NCBI GenBank assembly: GCA_963835575.1
Contig: CAWIGG010000002.1
Coordinates: forward strand, 1,152,001 to 1,216,000
Origin: an uncultured Spirochaetota bacterium
GTDB taxonomy: Bacteria; Spirochaetota; Brevinematia; Brevinematales; JAOACQ01
Direction: 5' to 3'
Length of the DNA: 64,000 nucleotides
Numbering within the stretch: position 1 is the first letter of the stretch; the number at the start of each line of letters is the position of its first letter. The notes beneath the pieces are model-generated. The model worked only from the letters and a program-made list of their open reading frames with translations, was not told the DNA's origin and searched no databases. Positions 60,956 to 64,000 of the stretch are shown piece after piece. The position numbers were made by a program, and so were the translations under genes.

Positions 60956-62847
60956 TTATTCATAATGCCTGAGCGCAGAAGCCGCAGACATACCGGCCGC
61001 TCTTTTCGCCGGGAAATAAGCGATAGCCACAAGCATCTGAAGTATTAAAATCAGATAAGTCAATATGCCGTTGCCGGAAGCGCTTGTAAAAAATCCAATC
61101 AATACAAACAGGATAAGAAAAGGATTGACAATCCATTTCGGTAATATCCTGTCCAGATTGATCAGTAATACTTCAATACCGAAAAACACCAGGAGTATTA
61201 CATTTACATACCATCTGCCCAGAGATGGCGTGAAATTCAAATGTTTCTCATAAAGTAGTATGCTGAAAACACTGTCGGTATCTATTTTTATCAGTGAAAT
61301 AATACCGATAACCATTAATCCCAAAACAATGCCTGCAAGACAACCCAGGAGCGTTAAATTAAATGTTTCCATAACAAATGAGCTCAACACATCCTTTTTC
61401 TGCATACCGATGGCCCGTATTGTTCCGATTTCCCTTGTTCTTTCGCGGATAGTCATTCTGAGTGTGTTTATTACCCCGATTAATATAACAAAAAAGAGTA
61501 TCAGGACTGCGATAAGGGAGACTAAATTTAAAGCCGATTCCATCTGAAGAATGAAGCTGGCCACTTCATACATCGTGCTGACATCAAGATAAGCACCTTC
61601 CCATTTTTCCTTGTATACGGTTCTCATTTTATCACGGTATGCATCAGAGTTTGGCGTTCTTTTTAGAAGCTTCCATTCCGTCGCAAGGGCCGGATAGAGT
61701 ACGCTGTTTGTAGCCGGCATGTAAGCCGTTTTATAATTTGTGATATCCTGCGGCATGGTTTTATAATAGCCGGGATAAAAATTATTTTCGCTGATCAGAA
61801 TAACATTTTCGCCGAGTACATTCCCGGATTTAAAGATTGCCGATACTGAGTAAGTATTGGTAGTGCTTCCTTTTTCAAATTTATTCTGATAAATGCCGGT
61901 TATTTTTGAACCGACAGCCGTGCCTATCTTTTTCGCCAATACAGAACTGATTAAGATAGTATTGGAATTTGTCGCGTTCTCCCATTTGCCGGCTGACAGC
62001 GCCAATTGATTTGTCAACACCGTCATGGCATTGGTATTGGAAAAAAATGAGAGTACTGTAGCCTCTGTTTTTGGGCCGGATGAGTAAAAATCACCGTAAT
62101 AAGCGGCCAGATTCGGTTTCAGAAGCTTATGGATCTGTTCAGCCACTACGAGAGCCGCCTGTGGACTATCCATTTTATTGAGAATAACCTGGAGAGGCCC
62201 GGTTTCATAAGAGCGGTATCCTAAAATCTTTTTCATGTTTCATGCGGAATATAAAAAGCAGTGCTCTGCATAAGATTACCCGCTTTCATGATGCAGACAA
62301 GCGTCAGTTTTGCCGTCTGGACCTGACCTGTCACGGTTGTCAGACGCACATTCAGCGCATCGCCGATTTTTACATTGAGGTCCTTGGCTTTATTTTCCGC
62401 CATAACAACCGGATTTTCAATCGATGTATTGGTGAAATCATATATATTGCCGGCTTTTGATTCGCTTTTGAAATATTCCAGTCCCCGATCAACCGGCATT
62501 CCGACAAGGGCCATCATTTCCGCCTTTCCGTTGCCGATAACCCGCGTATAGGAAGCCATATACTGATTCACTTCCTTTATGCCCTTGACGCTTTTAATAA
62601 TATTGATGATCCTATCCTTATCCCTGTTTATATTAGGCTGACGCTTGCCGTTTTCAGTAAAGGTTACGCTGACATGGCCGAATGAATAGACCAGCATTTT
62701 ATTGAGTATCATATCTGTGAGACCCCGCGTAAACGAGCTGGTCACAACAAGGATCATCATACCGATCGCTATCGCCAGGCCGAGAAAGAAGCTTCTTTTT
62801 TTCTGCCTTAATAGATTCCTTAAACTTATTTTAAAAATTAATCCCAT
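60956..62847 (-). pseudogene. FtsX/LolE-like ABC permease split by a frameshift (or two coupled ORFs)
   Basis: N-part (ISLRNLLRQKKRS, TM1, periplasmic domain) stops at 62233; C-part from 62236 has RERTREIGTIRAIG and the remaining TMs. Confidence 0.7.
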
Positions 62848-62857
62848 ATCATTCTCC

Positions 62858-64000
62858 TTATTCCCGGGCAATCGCTTCTAAGGGCGTAATATGCCTGGCT
62901 ACAAAAATAGGATATAGCACGGCAAATAAAGTAACAATTAACAATAGAAAGATGCAGAAAATAATATCGCCCGAATGCAGGATGGGTTTGAATATATCAC
63001 CTCCGAACAAAAGCTGAAGCGCTTCATTTGTACCGCCGCTGATCTTTAAAGTGTAGAGAATTTGAGAAGTTATACCAGCCGCCAGAATCCCAAAACCTCC
63101 GAAGACGGCGGATAAGAGGAATGTTTCACCCACAAACATTCCTGATATAAAATTCCTGTCGGCTCCGACAGCGCGCATCATCCCTATTTCAGTTGTTCTC
63201 TCAAGGGCCGCCATTGAAAGCGTATTCGTTATGATGATGACAGCCACAAAAAAGAGCAGAACCACAAAAACTATCAATATTATTTTCATAATCGTAGCGG
63301 TATCGCCGATTGTACCCGCCGCTTTCTTCCATGTAATAGCTTTAACGCTTAACTGGTTATTGCTGATAACCTTATTTAATTCAATTAAATTCTTTTCAAT
63401 CTTTTTACCGTCTTTCAGTTTAATAAAGACTATATTATAAATACCCAAGTCTTCATCCATTTTGACCAGGGCTTTCTTTTCTGTCCTTTTTAAACTGCCC
63501 AGCCTGTATACTTGTTTACCAGTTTCAACTCCTTTAACAACGGTTTGTTCGCCGAATAGTTTATCAAGGTTCTCGTCTTCACTTAATATAGCCTTCTTTT
63601 CCTGGGAGATATTAACAGCGGTATCCTCTGTAGTAACATATCCAAAACATTCGCGGAATGAATCCAGGTCAAGAAGGTTGTATGATTCCCAGAAATTATT
63701 GAGATATTTGTATTTAAAAACGCCTCTGACAGGCGTCCTGATATCCATCTGATTTCCATCGGCGCTCATACCCATTAGAACAACATTGGACTGAATATTC
63801 AAACCGTCCCTGTTTGACATGGCGTCCGGAGATAAATGTGTCTCTATGAACGGGCTGTCTGCCGGCGTCAGCCAGATACCCATATCCCTGTACATATTTT
63901 TTCTTGAGCCGGTAGAGACTAGCGATCCTCTTTCGGCTACGGATAACGTTCTGCCTTCCTCTACGACTATATTTGTCAGAAAAAACTTCTGGTATTTATC
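62858..64000 (-). CDS. FtsX/LolE-like ABC permease (5' end outside the window)
   Basis: LERTTEIGMMRAVGA, C-terminal TM helices, ITPLEAI. Confidence 0.88.
   Translation of the reverse strand, partial: DKYQKFFLTNIVVEEGRTLSVAERGSLVSTGSRKNMYRDMGIWLTPADSPFIETHLSPDAMSNRDGLNIQSNVVLMGMSADGNQMDIRTPVRGVFKYKYLNNFWESYNLLDLDSFRECFGYVTTEDTAVNISQEKKAILSEDENLDKLFGEQTVVKGVETGKQVYRLGSLKRTEKKALVKMDEDLGIYNIVFIKLKDGKKIEKNLIELNKVISNNQLSVKAITWKKAAGTIGDTATIMKIILIVFVVLLFFVAVIIITNTLSMAALERTTEIGMMRAVGADRNFISGMFVGETFLLSAVFGGFGILAAGITSQILYTLKISGGTNEALQLLFGGDIFKPILHSGDIIFCIFLLLIVTLFAVLYPIFVARHITPLEAIARE

Noticed and set aside
62230..62243. Tandem CATGAAA x2 (minus strand) as a phase-variation switch for the permease
   Set aside because: Losing one unit does not restore the frame, and gaining one keeps the in-frame TGA

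Overview
AT-rich bacterial chromosomal segment, most likely from a spirochete (two tandem FlaA flagellar sheath genes, a spirochete-type PilZ/GAF protein, a LolA-like/FtsX operon). It carries housekeeping genes (xth, tyrS, cobB, nrdJ, panD, rdgB, UDG, priA-mrdA-rodA, grpE-dnaK-dnaJ), a TetR-controlled ABC-2/HlyD/TolC exporter, two intact IS elements (IS66 and IS5, both with terminal inverted repeats and target duplications) and two frameshifted membrane-protein genes. The most notable region is a 13.6 kb nitrogen-assimilation island (23987-37557). It encodes an uncharacterised PEP-synthase-like dikinase, an orphan GltB1-type amidotransferase, GSIII, a GlnE with GlnD-type ACT domains inserted in its middle, and an adenylylatable GSI under a sigma-54 promoter facing a NifA-like double-GAF activator. 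This suggests a nitrogen circuit that may sense metabolites directly, without PII/GlnD/NtrBC. A dispersed, covarying structured repeat built on GGCAGTTCCAAAAAC arms (23059-23222, 58498-58701, minimal form 47921-47962) is a second candidate novelty. All protein assignments come from motif recognition by eye; no database searches were run.
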